Virus record (IMG/VR): IMGVR_UViG_3300012953_000012
Span: 1-64,000 of that record
DNA from: a virus
Taxonomy: Duplodnaviria; Caudoviricetes
Reading direction: 5' to 3' (one strand)
DNA length: 64,000 nucleotides
Shown: piece after piece, positions 18,636 to 26,571 of the stretch
Position numbering within the stretch: position 1 is the stretch's first letter
Layout of the letters: every line of letters begins with the position of its first letter
The notes under the pieces: generated by a model
Databases searched by the model: none
What the model was told of the DNA's origin: nothing
Seen by the model: the letters and a program-made list of their open reading frames with translations, nothing else
Program-made: the position numbers and the translations under genes

Positions 18636-19553
18636 ATGACTTACGCGAAAGGCCAGTTTCAGTCCTATCGGGCTATCACCAAGATCCATCTCGGGGCGAT
18701 CTCCGACAATCTCTCGGAGGGTGAGGAGATCGAATACGACGGGCATGTGCTGAAGCGCGGAAGCGATGAACACTCTCTCCACAGCCTCCGCGCCGCCATC
18801 AAGGTGGGCTGGCTCGTGCCGGTCGAGGACACCAGTAGCATCTACGTCCCCCGGCCTGCTGGGGTCAAGGTCCACAAGGCCGATGGGACGGACGACAGCG
18901 AGATTGACCTGGACACCGTGTTTGAAACCGACGTGAACATGGGCACCCTCGACGAGGTTCGCCCTGACGCCGCCCCGAAGACCCACAAGGCCACGGCTGC
19001 CGGTCAGCAGAACTCCAGCGAAGGCAAGGTGGTGTCCCGAATCAAGACCTCCGCGAAGTCGGACACGGTCCAGATCGGTAAGGACGACCGCCAGGTGGTT
19101 GCCTCCCTGGACAACAAAAGCGGGATCGAGGTGGAGCGCGTGGCTGTGGCCACGGGCGATGTCCAGGAAGCCATCGGCGGGGAAGACCTCACCGAACTTC
19201 TCCCAGACGCGGAGTCCGCAGGAATCCCGAAGCCCGGCCCTTCCGGTGAGGGCGCTGGTGACCAGTCCGAGAGCCGTGCCCGCAGCGCAGCAGGGTCCAC
19301 TGTTGGCGGTGCTGATGATGGTGTCGTCGTGGCCCGCATCGGGGAGATTGCCCCGGAGCCTGACGGTCTGACCTTCATCCAGCAGTTCATCCCCGGCTTT
19401 GAGTGGGACATGGGCATCCAGTGGGCGAAGCGTGTCAAGATCGCCTGCGAGAAGTACGGCGACATCCCGGCGGTGCTTGACTACATCAACTCCGTCGAGA
19501 CCGAGACAGTCAAGAAGCACCTCGCCAAACGCCTCGCTGAGTCGAAGCGGTAG
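18636..19553 (+). CDS. Hypothetical protein (305 aa)
   Basis: GGAGG RBS then ATG 18636; coding-like bias. Confidence 0.8.
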   Translation: MTYAKGQFQSYRAITKIHLGAISDNLSEGEEIEYDGHVLKRGSDEHSLHSLRAAIKVGWLVPVEDTSSIYVPRPAGVKVHKADGTDDSEIDLDTVFETDVNMGTLDEVRPDAAPKTHKATAAGQQNSSEGKVVSRIKTSAKSDTVQIGKDDRQVVASLDNKSGIEVERVAVATGDVQEAIGGEDLTELLPDAESAGIPKPGPSGEGAGDQSESRARSAAGSTVGGADDGVVVARIGEIAPEPDGLTFIQQFIPGFEWDMGIQWAKRVKIACEKYGDIPAVLDYINSVETETVKKHLAKRLAESKR

Positions 19554-19562
19554 ACAGCCTAT
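19548..19562 (+). promoter_or_regulatory. Putative late promoter motif CGGT-N7-CTAT overlapping the upstream stop
   Basis: cgg tag acagc ctat; upstream of 19592. Confidence 0.6.
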
Positions 19563-19591
19563 CCGTCAGCAGGGGGCAGGAGGAACATTTT

Positions 19592-20092
19592 ATGCGATAC
19601 GTTCTACTTGCCTTTGCTCTGCTCTTTTCTGTCCCCGTGGCGATGGCCCAGGACGAGGCCCCGGCCCCGTCCGAAGAAGTGGCGGCCCCGGCTGAAGAGG
19701 CCCCGGCAAAGGTTGACGCCCCCGCCGAGACCGAAACCCCATCCGCCGAGTCTGTTGAAGAAGCGGTTGAGGCTGTCTCGGACGAGGCCAGTGTCCTCGT
19801 AGACGCGATTCAGAGCAAAAACTGGGCACTCGTGCTCGGCATGTTGCTCTCCCTGCTGGTGGCCGTGGCGAACAAGTTTGGCCTGAAAGACAAGGTCGGC
19901 GGCAAGGCCGTCCCCTGGGTCACCTCTGCTGTCGCGGTCGCGGGTGCCATTGGTGCATCCCTCATGGCTGGGATTTCCGTCATGGAGGCTGTCTCACAAG
20001 GGCTCGTCGCTGGCGTAGCCGCTATCGGTGGGTGGGAGATGGTGCTGAAGCACATCCTGGCCCCCAAGTCTGACCCTGCTCCCGCAGAGTAG
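19592..20092 (+). CDS. Membrane protein with signal peptide (holin-like candidate)
   Basis: N-terminal signal peptide (AMA|QD), acidic A/P/E linker, three hydrophobic helices. Confidence 0.7.
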   Translation: MRYVLLAFALLFSVPVAMAQDEAPAPSEEVAAPAEEAPAKVDAPAETETPSAESVEEAVEAVSDEASVLVDAIQSKNWALVLGMLLSLLVAVANKFGLKDKVGGKAVPWVTSAVAVAGAIGASLMAGISVMEAVSQGLVAGVAAIGGWEMVLKHILAPKSDPAPAE

Positions 20093-20107
20093 GTCACAGG
20101 AGAAACC

Positions 20108-20743
20108 ATGAGCATTCAGCGTGATTCAGTCAAGCGGTTGGGAGAGGAGGCCACCATCGGTCTCGCTCTGGCCCATTCAACTGACCTCACTTCCTTGAAG
20201 GGAGAGGTGTTCATCAGGATGGTGGATATTCCTTCTGGTATCGTGCTCCACAAGGAACACCGTCAGAACGTGATCACGCTCGATGCAGGTATCCTCGCTG
20301 CCATCCTGCTCCGTGATCCTGACTCCAGGGCTCACGGTTTCAACATGCTGTCCGTAGGTACGGGTGCTTCGGGAGCGTTGCTGTCCCCGAATGCTCCTGA
20401 CCCCAGGCAGCGGAAACTCAATGCAGAGATCGCCCGGAAGCCTTGGTCGAGCACCACGTTCCGTGATGCCAGCGGGGACGCGGTAGCGATCCCGACGAAC
20501 ATCGTGGATTACACCTGCACCTTCGACGAGGGTGAGGCTGTGGGGCCGCTCAACGAGATGGGCATCCAGAGCACCATCTCAGCCAACCCGGCGATCACCA
20601 ACCCCAACCCCAACGTGTTCCCCAACCGGGACGTGACGGTTGATCTGTCGTTGTACGACATCCTCGGCAACTACCTGACCTTCAGCGTGATCTCAAAGCC
20701 CAACACGGCGCGGCTCACGATCACCTGGCGGATCACCTGCTGA
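20108..20743 (+). CDS. Phage baseplate/tail-fibre-associated protein
   Basis: NVIT...LSVGTG...EIARK...FDEGEAVGPLNEMGI...FSVISK...TITWRI pattern common to myovirus tail-fibre/baseplate genes. Confidence 0.65.
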   Translation: MSIQRDSVKRLGEEATIGLALAHSTDLTSLKGEVFIRMVDIPSGIVLHKEHRQNVITLDAGILAAILLRDPDSRAHGFNMLSVGTGASGALLSPNAPDPRQRKLNAEIARKPWSSTTFRDASGDAVAIPTNIVDYTCTFDEGEAVGPLNEMGIQSTISANPAITNPNPNVFPNRDVTVDLSLYDILGNYLTFSVISKPNTARLTITWRITC

Positions 20744-20799
20744 TTGAACAAGCCCCGCCAGGAGAATCCTGACGGGGCTGTTCGTACCTCAGCGGGGGG

Positions 20800-20940
20800 T
20801 CACTCAGCGGCGCTGTCCCCGGAGTCTCCGCTATCAGCGGGCGCGGACGTGTCCTCGGAACCGGAGTCCTCGGAGTCCTTGTCGCCACAGCCGAAGGCAA
20901 AGGCCGCCATGAGAGGCAGAAGGTAGGTGTACTTGAACAT
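20800..20940 (-). CDS. Small lipoprotein (46 aa), absent from the ORF track
   Basis: AGGAG RBS; translates to MFKYTYLLPLMAAFAFGCGDKDSEDSGSEDTSAPADSGDSGDSAAE; lipobox AFG|C. Confidence 0.75.
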   Translation of the reverse strand: MFKYTYLLPLMAAFAFGCGDKDSEDSGSEDTSAPADSGDSGDSAAE

Positions 20941-21001
20941 GGTGTCTCCTCGTGGGCGGGTAAGAGATGCCCACGGCCCTCCCGACCTATTGGAAGGCTA
21001 A

Positions 21002-21016
21002 CGGTAGTGCTTCTAT
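21002..21016 (+). promoter_or_regulatory. Putative late promoter motif CGGT-N7-CTAT
   Basis: cggt agtgctt ctat, GGGTA 11 nt downstream; upstream of 21050. Confidence 0.65.
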
Positions 21017-21049
21017 GGGCCTGCCAGGGGTAAGTCCTTTGGAGATCTT

Positions 21050-22831
21050 GTGGCTGCCAACCTCATCCAACTCGTTGCTCGGTACTTGAAGCAGGCTGAC
21101 CTGAACCCTGCCCTGGGGCATCCGGGCGGTTCCTGCTACCTCCAGCGACGTGTCCGTGAGACGGTTCGGAACCAGAAGGTCCAGGACTACCTGGTGAGGC
21201 AGTACCAGAACGGGCAGAAGTGGAAGCGCAACGAGGAGGAGGCCGTCTACAAGGACGACTACTCCATCGGAAAGGCTGGGGCCTCCTTCCCTGATATTCT
21301 GCTCAGGAGCCACGCACAGCACCGCATGGACCTGCGTGGGGTCACCGTCAAGGACATCAAGAAGGCATTCTACGACTGGAATGAGGAGATGGCCGATGCT
21401 CGCGTCCGTGGGCGCGGTGAGACCTTGTTCCAGCGAAGGCTCCAGGACTCCATGCGGACCCCTGGCGGCACCTGGTTTGATGCGAAGAACGGCTTGAGGC
21501 TGTCCCTACGGCTGCTCAGGATCGGCGAGGTCCGCAAGGGCAAGCGACAGATCCCCACGTTCAAGGTGCGTGTTGAGACTGCTGTGTGGCCTGGATTGAG
21601 GACTCCCGACCCTATCCCTGAGGATGAATGCTCGCACGCTGCTGGGCTCCCCGAAGCAGAATGGTCCCGCGAGTACCCCGCGCACGGCATTGACCGCATT
21701 CTGCCGAAGCGTGTTGCTGCAAGGTACGCGGCGCTCCGACAAGACCCCATCCCTGGCTACCAGACCTATGTGTCCCAGAAGTCCTGGGAGGGTCAATCCA
21801 CCGACACCGACCAGGAGAGTCCTTCGGCGCTTCCGCTCCCTGGGTCGGCTACTCCTGGAGGAGCGGGCCGGGTGATCCCACAGTTTTCCTACAATGGCCC
21901 TGGCCCGGACTCAGACATCAAGCCCCGGACCCTGGGGCTGCCTGGCGAGCAATACGGCAACCCGTCGAACAACACCTACCAGACAGTGGACCGCAGGATC
22001 ATCGAGAGCAGCCAGGACGACGAAGATGAGTCCATGGACAAGCAGGCGTACCGCCCGAAGTGGCGGCCCGGCAAGTACCAGCGCAAGAGCCGTGGGCGCA
22101 CGAAGCACAAGCGCCAGATGAACTACCGCCGGAACAAGGCGAAGAACAAGATGAAGGCGAAGCGATGGCGCAAGATCAACTCGCGGAAGCCTGCCTACAA
22201 GCAGTGGCAAAAGAGGAGGCGCAGCATGAACCGCAAGCGCAGAGTGGCGAGTACGTTGCGGGTGGTGAGTGCCTACATGCAGCGCATGGGGTCAGTGTTG
22301 ACTGTCCCGGACATCGCGTTCCAGATCGGACCCGAGATGCTGGGCGGCTACGTCCACTCTGTCTCCCCCATGAGCGGGATGGTCACCATCGAGTTGGACG
22401 AGACGAACGTGAGCCAGTTGGACTCTCTGCCGGTCGAGTTGTTTCTCCGCATGGCTGTTTTCTCCTCCGACGAGGACATCGACGCCTTCTTCAACCTGGT
22501 GGACGTGGAGATCGGCCCGGAAGCCTATGCGGATCTCGACGAAAGCCTGGTGCGTGAGTGTGCCCGCCGCTACGACCGTGATCCCGACGCCGACTCCTTC
22601 AAGGAGGACTGCTTCGGTGTGTCCGGCGAGTACGACCTGGGGTCCATGGGCGCAGACCAGATGGAGTCCGTCGTCAAGATGGTCCTGGACGGCTACATGC
22701 AGAGCGGCGATGCCAGGGACTTTACGATGGGCCTGGCCGGTGACGAGCGGTCCCAGAAAGACGCCGACAACCCCGAAATCCCCGAAGACTACGACCCCGG
22801 TCTGTACTACGGTGAGGTCAAGCGTGGCTGA
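21050..22831 (+). CDS. Multi-module hypothetical protein (DUF4258-like motif, basic tract), putative internal head protein
   Basis: GTG start; SHAQHRMDLRGVT motif; K/R-rich module; VARYLKQA, RVAARY and KQAY motifs. Confidence 0.8.
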   Translation: MAANLIQLVARYLKQADLNPALGHPGGSCYLQRRVRETVRNQKVQDYLVRQYQNGQKWKRNEEEAVYKDDYSIGKAGASFPDILLRSHAQHRMDLRGVTVKDIKKAFYDWNEEMADARVRGRGETLFQRRLQDSMRTPGGTWFDAKNGLRLSLRLLRIGEVRKGKRQIPTFKVRVETAVWPGLRTPDPIPEDECSHAAGLPEAEWSREYPAHGIDRILPKRVAARYAALRQDPIPGYQTYVSQKSWEGQSTDTDQESPSALPLPGSATPGGAGRVIPQFSYNGPGPDSDIKPRTLGLPGEQYGNPSNNTYQTVDRRIIESSQDDEDESMDKQAYRPKWRPGKYQRKSRGRTKHKRQMNYRRNKAKNKMKAKRWRKINSRKPAYKQWQKRRRSMNRKRRVASTLRVVSAYMQRMGSVLTVPDIAFQIGPEMLGGYVHSVSPMSGMVTIELDETNVSQLDSLPVELFLRMAVFSSDEDIDAFFNLVDVEIGPEAYADLDESLVRECARRYDRDPDADSFKEDCFGVSGEYDLGSMGADQMESVVKMVLDGYMQSGDARDFTMGLAGDERSQKDADNPEIPEDYDPGLYYGEVKRG

Positions 22832-23939
22832 CGAGGCCCCCTCGGCAACCCGCGTGGCTGCCTTGTTTCTGGCCTACGGGAGAGGTGACTTCAGACCACC
22901 TTCTCAGCCGGGGGGTCAGAACAACCGTCCCCAACGGCAGCAGACTCCTGAGTTGCGGAAGAAGCGGCAGAAGGAGCATCGCCGGAACAGGGCCAGGGAC
23001 AACCGCGCCGCCAAGAAGCGATACCACGCCATCTACAAGCGTAGGCCACAGATGAAGAAGCGGCAGGTGCTGTACCGGAAGAACCCTAACAAGTACAACC
23101 GCAAGGGTCCTCGCAGGTACGAACGCCCCGACGCCAAGAGGGTCATGGCTCGATTCCTGGAGGCCGGGGCGGTGATGTTGTACGACCAGCAGAACCCGGC
23201 CAACAACGAGATCAAGAACCCAGGCAAGGACGTCAACTACCGTGCTGTGGGGCCAACTACCTGGACGATGTCTCCTGATGAGCGGGGCGGGGTCGAGCCT
23301 GGCGCTGGGATCAACGACCAGACTAAGGACGCGCCGCCCGCTTCGTCGAGGGTGATCCCCGACCAGATGAAGCAGACCCTCCAGGACAACCTCACTTACG
23401 TCCGGGCCTCCCGCACCGCAGCCGCCAAGATCGACAAGATCATGGGCAAGTGCGGGCCGTTGATCGTTCAGCGGTCTGGGTCCATTCAGTTTCGTCGCAA
23501 GAGGATCCTCCCGAAGCATGGGATGTTGATCTACGAGGTCCAGGGCTCAGTGGGTGGTGTTTCAGACGGCAAGACCTACACAGTCAGGATCAAGGCCGAC
23601 CGCCGCGACAAGCGCATCAAGGCGTTGGCGAAGATGCCTGTCAAGGTGTCCTGCTCGTGCCCCTACTTCCGTTGGCAGGGTCCTGAGCACTGGGCGAAGA
23701 CCAACGGCTATCTCTATGGCAGACCTGTGGGCACAGCCTCAAAGCCGGTCATCAAGGATCCGAAGGGCAAGCACTGGGTGTGCAAGCACGTCTATGCCAT
23801 CCTCAACGCGAAGAAGGGGTTGCGCTTTGCGAGTGGGGGGTGCTCCCAGGGGAGCACCCTGAACCCAATCGACATGCTTGATCTCAGCCCGTTGCCTGAC
23901 CCCGTTCGCGTTGCTGCGCGGTATGGAAAGACCTCTTGA
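22824..23939 (+). CDS. SWIM zinc-finger protein with basic N-terminal tract
   Basis: GTG 22824 overlapping the previous stop; VSCSCPYF...CKHV (CxC...CxH); ends RVAARYGKTS. Confidence 0.8.
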   Translation: MADEAPSATRVAALFLAYGRGDFRPPSQPGGQNNRPQRQQTPELRKKRQKEHRRNRARDNRAAKKRYHAIYKRRPQMKKRQVLYRKNPNKYNRKGPRRYERPDAKRVMARFLEAGAVMLYDQQNPANNEIKNPGKDVNYRAVGPTTWTMSPDERGGVEPGAGINDQTKDAPPASSRVIPDQMKQTLQDNLTYVRASRTAAAKIDKIMGKCGPLIVQRSGSIQFRRKRILPKHGMLIYEVQGSVGGVSDGKTYTVRIKADRRDKRIKALAKMPVKVSCSCPYFRWQGPEHWAKTNGYLYGRPVGTASKPVIKDPKGKHWVCKHVYAILNAKKGLRFASGGCSQGSTLNPIDMLDLSPLPDPVRVAARYGKTS

Positions 23940-23942
23940 ACC

Positions 23943-24146
23943 ATGCTCTCCCCATGCCAACACTGTGGCGGTTTCGGCTACTGTCAGGTCTATGTGGGCC
24001 GCGTGATCCGCGTCTTCTGCGACTGCGCGGCGGGCGACAAGCGCATCCAAGCGCACCGCCAAGCCTTGCAGGAGGTTGGCCTGGATCCCGACAAGCCTTC
24101 CTACACCTGGACCCGGCGTTCGGAGTGTCTTCCTCGGTACGGGTGA
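23943..24146 (+). CDS. Small zinc-finger protein
   Basis: CQHC...CDC, 67 aa, 3 nt after the previous stop. Confidence 0.55.
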   Translation: MLSPCQHCGGFGYCQVYVGRVIRVFCDCAAGDKRIQAHRQALQEVGLDPDKPSYTWTRRSECLPRYG

Positions 24147-24152
24147 TCCCGG

Positions 24153-24314
24153 CTACTTCTTCGGGTCCTTGTCCGGTTTGCGAGTGTGATCCTTGCGACT
24201 GCGACTGGGGGTGTACCATTCATCCCACACCGGCAGTGTGAAGTCACCGCACACCCTTTCCTTGCCGGGAGGGGAGGGTTTCCCAGTCGGTCGGCCCCAT
24301 TCGTCGCGCCTCAT
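24153..24314 (-). CDS. Small hypothetical protein (53 aa)
   Basis: ATGA-coupled to the upstream minus-strand gene; MRRDEWGRP... Confidence 0.45.
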   Translation of the reverse strand: MRRDEWGRPTGKPSPPGKERVCGDFTLPVWDEWYTPSRSRKDHTRKPDKDPKK

Positions 24315-24637
24315 TCGCCTTCGTCCAGCATCTTCTTCGCCGCACCCTCGTGTGGCAGCCGTGGTGTGGCAGCATCCAGCAGCGAGACGCCCTTGAGGGC
24401 TGCCTTCATCTCGTTGAAGGCTCGCTTGTAGTCTGGCTCGTAGCGCAACTCGGTCTTCCCGCTGTGGCCGTGGATCGCCTGCACTTCGCCCACGCTGTCG
24501 TAGACCGTGACGCTGGGGTGCTCGGACAACCAGAACAAGGCGGCCTTGCCGTTGTCCGCGACGAATCCCTGTGCGACCCGCCCCGTGCCACTGATGCCGG
24601 ACTCGTCCTCGATCCGGTAGAGGTAGAAGGACTTCAT
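24311..24637 (-). CDS. Conserved phage hypothetical protein
   Basis: MKSFYLYRIEDESGISGTGRVAQG...W...HGHSGKT; the D-x-S-G-x-S-G-T-G / HGH pattern recurs in phage proteins. Confidence 0.75.
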   Translation of the reverse strand: MKSFYLYRIEDESGISGTGRVAQGFVADNGKAALFWLSEHPSVTVYDSVGEVQAIHGHSGKTELRYEPDYKRAFNEMKAALKGVSLLDAATPRLPHEGAAKKMLDEGE

Positions 24638-24676
24638 GCTGTTTCCCTGTTGGAGGTTCACTTACCAACAGGGCTT

Positions 24677-24691
24677 ATAGTCAGAGCAACG
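24677..24691 (-). promoter_or_regulatory. Putative late promoter motif CGTT-N7-CTAT (minus strand)
   Basis: Reverse complement cgtt gctctga ctat, then GGTAAG 10 nt later; upstream of 24637. Confidence 0.5.
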
Positions 24692-25103
24692 TGTTCGTGA
24701 ATGGGTACTCCTCGGCGTCCTGTGCGGTCCAGGGGAAATCCGGCAGGAACTCGTAGCCTTCATCGGAGAGGATGCTGGTGGCGTTGGTGAGGGCTTCCGT
24801 GGTGGCGGGAAAGGGTCCGACCTCCGAGCCATCTGCCAGGGCCACCCACCAACCATCGCTGGAGTGGAACACTTCCGCAAGGTGGTCAACCTGGGCGTCG
24901 AAGGCCAACTTCTCGGTCGGGAACCGTTGGTACTCCCGCATCGAAAGGATCACGAAACCACCCCCCGCCCGAGGGATGGGGGGTGGCACGAAACCTCGGT
25001 TGAAGGGTTTTTGACGCCGCGCCAACTCACGCTCCGCGATGGCCCGGTTCAACGGATCGTCCAACACCGCAGCCATCGTGATGTAGCGTTCACTGGGAGG
25101 CAT
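24681..25103 (-). CDS. Hypothetical protein (140 aa)
   Basis: AGGAGG RBS; part of the minus-strand island. Confidence 0.7.
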   Translation of the reverse strand: MPPSERYITMAAVLDDPLNRAIAERELARRQKPFNRGFVPPPIPRAGGGFVILSMREYQRFPTEKLAFDAQVDHLAEVFHSSDGWWVALADGSEVGPFPATTEALTNATSILSDEGYEFLPDFPWTAQDAEEYPFTNTLL

Positions 25104-25111
25104 CGCCCCTC

Positions 25112-25378
25112 CTACCGATTGGAGACGAAGACGTTGAGTTCCTTCGCCGTCGAGATCACGTCTGCGACGGTGTAGGAGCCCGGCACGAAGCCATCCAGGT
25201 TGCCGTCGTTGGTGGCCGCATGGCCTTCTCGGGCGAGGTGGATGTTCATCTCCAGGATGTCCTTTGCCAGGTGCAGCAGGTCAAAGCGCAACTGAAAAGG
25301 GTTGGACCGCTTGCTGAGTGCGGCGGCGACTTCTGCGTTGATCGCAGCAGTCTGGTCGTTGGGGGTTTGAGAAGCCAT
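25112..25378 (-). CDS. Conserved phage hypothetical protein (NPFQLRFDLL...AKELNVFV type)
   Basis: AGGAGG RBS; the pattern is familiar from T4-like phage small proteins. Confidence 0.75.
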   Translation of the reverse strand: MASQTPNDQTAAINAEVAAALSKRSNPFQLRFDLLHLAKDILEMNIHLAREGHAATNDGNLDGFVPGSYTVADVISTAKELNVFVSNR

Positions 25379-25441
25379 GGCTTCCTCCTGTGTTGTGTGT
25401 GTGTGTGCCGACCGGATGGCCGACGCTCCACCCTACCCCTC

Positions 25442-25600
25442 CTACGCAGCCTTCTCCTCGTCGGGAACGGAGATGCTGGTGCCATCCGTAGCCTCGATGC
25501 GCCGCACCGAGTGTCCTGCTTCGCGCAGAACCTCGACGGCCCGCTCCAGGGTCCATCCTTCGGGGAGAGGGACCTTGCCTATGTTCGTGTAGATGACCAT
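25442..25600 (-). CDS. Small hypothetical protein (52 aa), absent from the ORF track
   Basis: GGAGG RBS; MVIYTNIGKVPLPEGWTLERAVEVLREAGHSVRRIEATDG... Confidence 0.65.
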   Translation of the reverse strand: MVIYTNIGKVPLPEGWTLERAVEVLREAGHSVRRIEATDGTSISVPDEEKAA

Positions 25601-25664
25601 ACAACCTCCGTGTCCTGTAGTACGCGATTGGAGAGGATCACTACCGGCCTGAGGCCCTTTGTTC

Positions 25665-25679
25665 CGGTGGCTCTCCTAT
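25665..25679 (+). promoter_or_regulatory. Putative late promoter motif CGGT-N7-CTAT
   Basis: cggt ggctctc ctat, GGGTA 10 nt downstream; heads the 25720-36372 operon. Confidence 0.65.
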
Positions 25680-25719
25680 ACCCATCTGGGGGTAGGGTCG
25701 ATCATCGAGGAGACACGGC

Positions 25720-26571
25720 ATGGCAGCAGAAATCCGAAGCGAGGTGATTGCTCCCGTCGTCAAAGCGGCGGTTGACAACGCGAGTCGGAATGATCTCGCC
25801 GTCAATGATGTCGTGCAACTCACCGCCATCGCTGGGGGCACCACCTTCCAGTGGACGCTGGTGTTCGTCCCCGAAGGCAGCACCGCTGTCTTGACCCCAG
25901 CAGCCGCAGCGACGACGGCTGGTCCGGTCACATTCACCGTGGACAAGGTTGGACCGTACCTGGTTCGCCTGGTGGTGGATGCTGGCCTGGCGACCGAAAG
26001 CACGCAGTACGTTCGGCTCCGGGCGTTGACCACGACCCTGGGTTTGCACCTGGTCGCCGCAGGTGAGCGCCGGGACAGCAGCGGCGTGATCCCGGTCGAT
26101 GTGGACATCGAAGGTTGGGCGAACGAACAGAACGCCAATCTGCTTGCCCTGGAAAACTCCAGCACATCACGGGACTACCACCTCAAGTGGTTGGGAACCC
26201 TCGACGGAGGCGGAGGCACCCCGGCCACCTCCATCACCGGGGAGAAGCAGGCAGACAACACAGTCTACTACCGAGGGTGGTGTCCAGACGCCGCCACCCT
26301 ACTGGGAGTCACGGTCTACATGGGAAGCCTCAACACTCAAGGCAACTACAGCCTCGACATCACCAACGTCGCCACGGCGGCCAGTTGCTTGAATGCGGTC
26401 GAAGACATGAACGCACTGGTGGCCTCAACAGTCACAGACGTTTCGCTCACAGGGGTTCCCGCAGACCTCTCATTCGCCTCCAACGGTGTCTGGGAGATCA
26501 CCCTTACGTCCGACGACGCCGGGTTCGACGGGGCTGAGGTCTACATCAACTTGCGCTTCGGGGTGTCCTGA
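25720..26571 (+). CDS. Virion structural protein with Ig/PKD-like N-terminal module
   Basis: FQWTLVFVPEGSTAVL...FTVDKVGPYLVRL; N-terminus paralogous to the next gene. Confidence 0.75.
   Translation: MAAEIRSEVIAPVVKAAVDNASRNDLAVNDVVQLTAIAGGTTFQWTLVFVPEGSTAVLTPAAAATTAGPVTFTVDKVGPYLVRLVVDAGLATESTQYVRLRALTTTLGLHLVAAGERRDSSGVIPVDVDIEGWANEQNANLLALENSSTSRDYHLKWLGTLDGGGGTPATSITGEKQADNTVYYRGWCPDAATLLGVTVYMGSLNTQGNYSLDITNVATAASCLNAVEDMNALVASTVTDVSLTGVPADLSFASNGVWEITLTSDDAGFDGAEVYINLRFGVS

Noticed and set aside
25388-25407. (GT)n microsatellite
   Set aside because: Short and imperfect; explained as a CA-rich unstructured stretch upstream of the RBS of the minus-strand gene 25378.
25632-25646. Near-match to the late motif on the minus strand (CGGT-N7-CTCT) upstream of 25600
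   Set aside because: Second box is CTCT rather than CTAT; not counted among the 13 copies.
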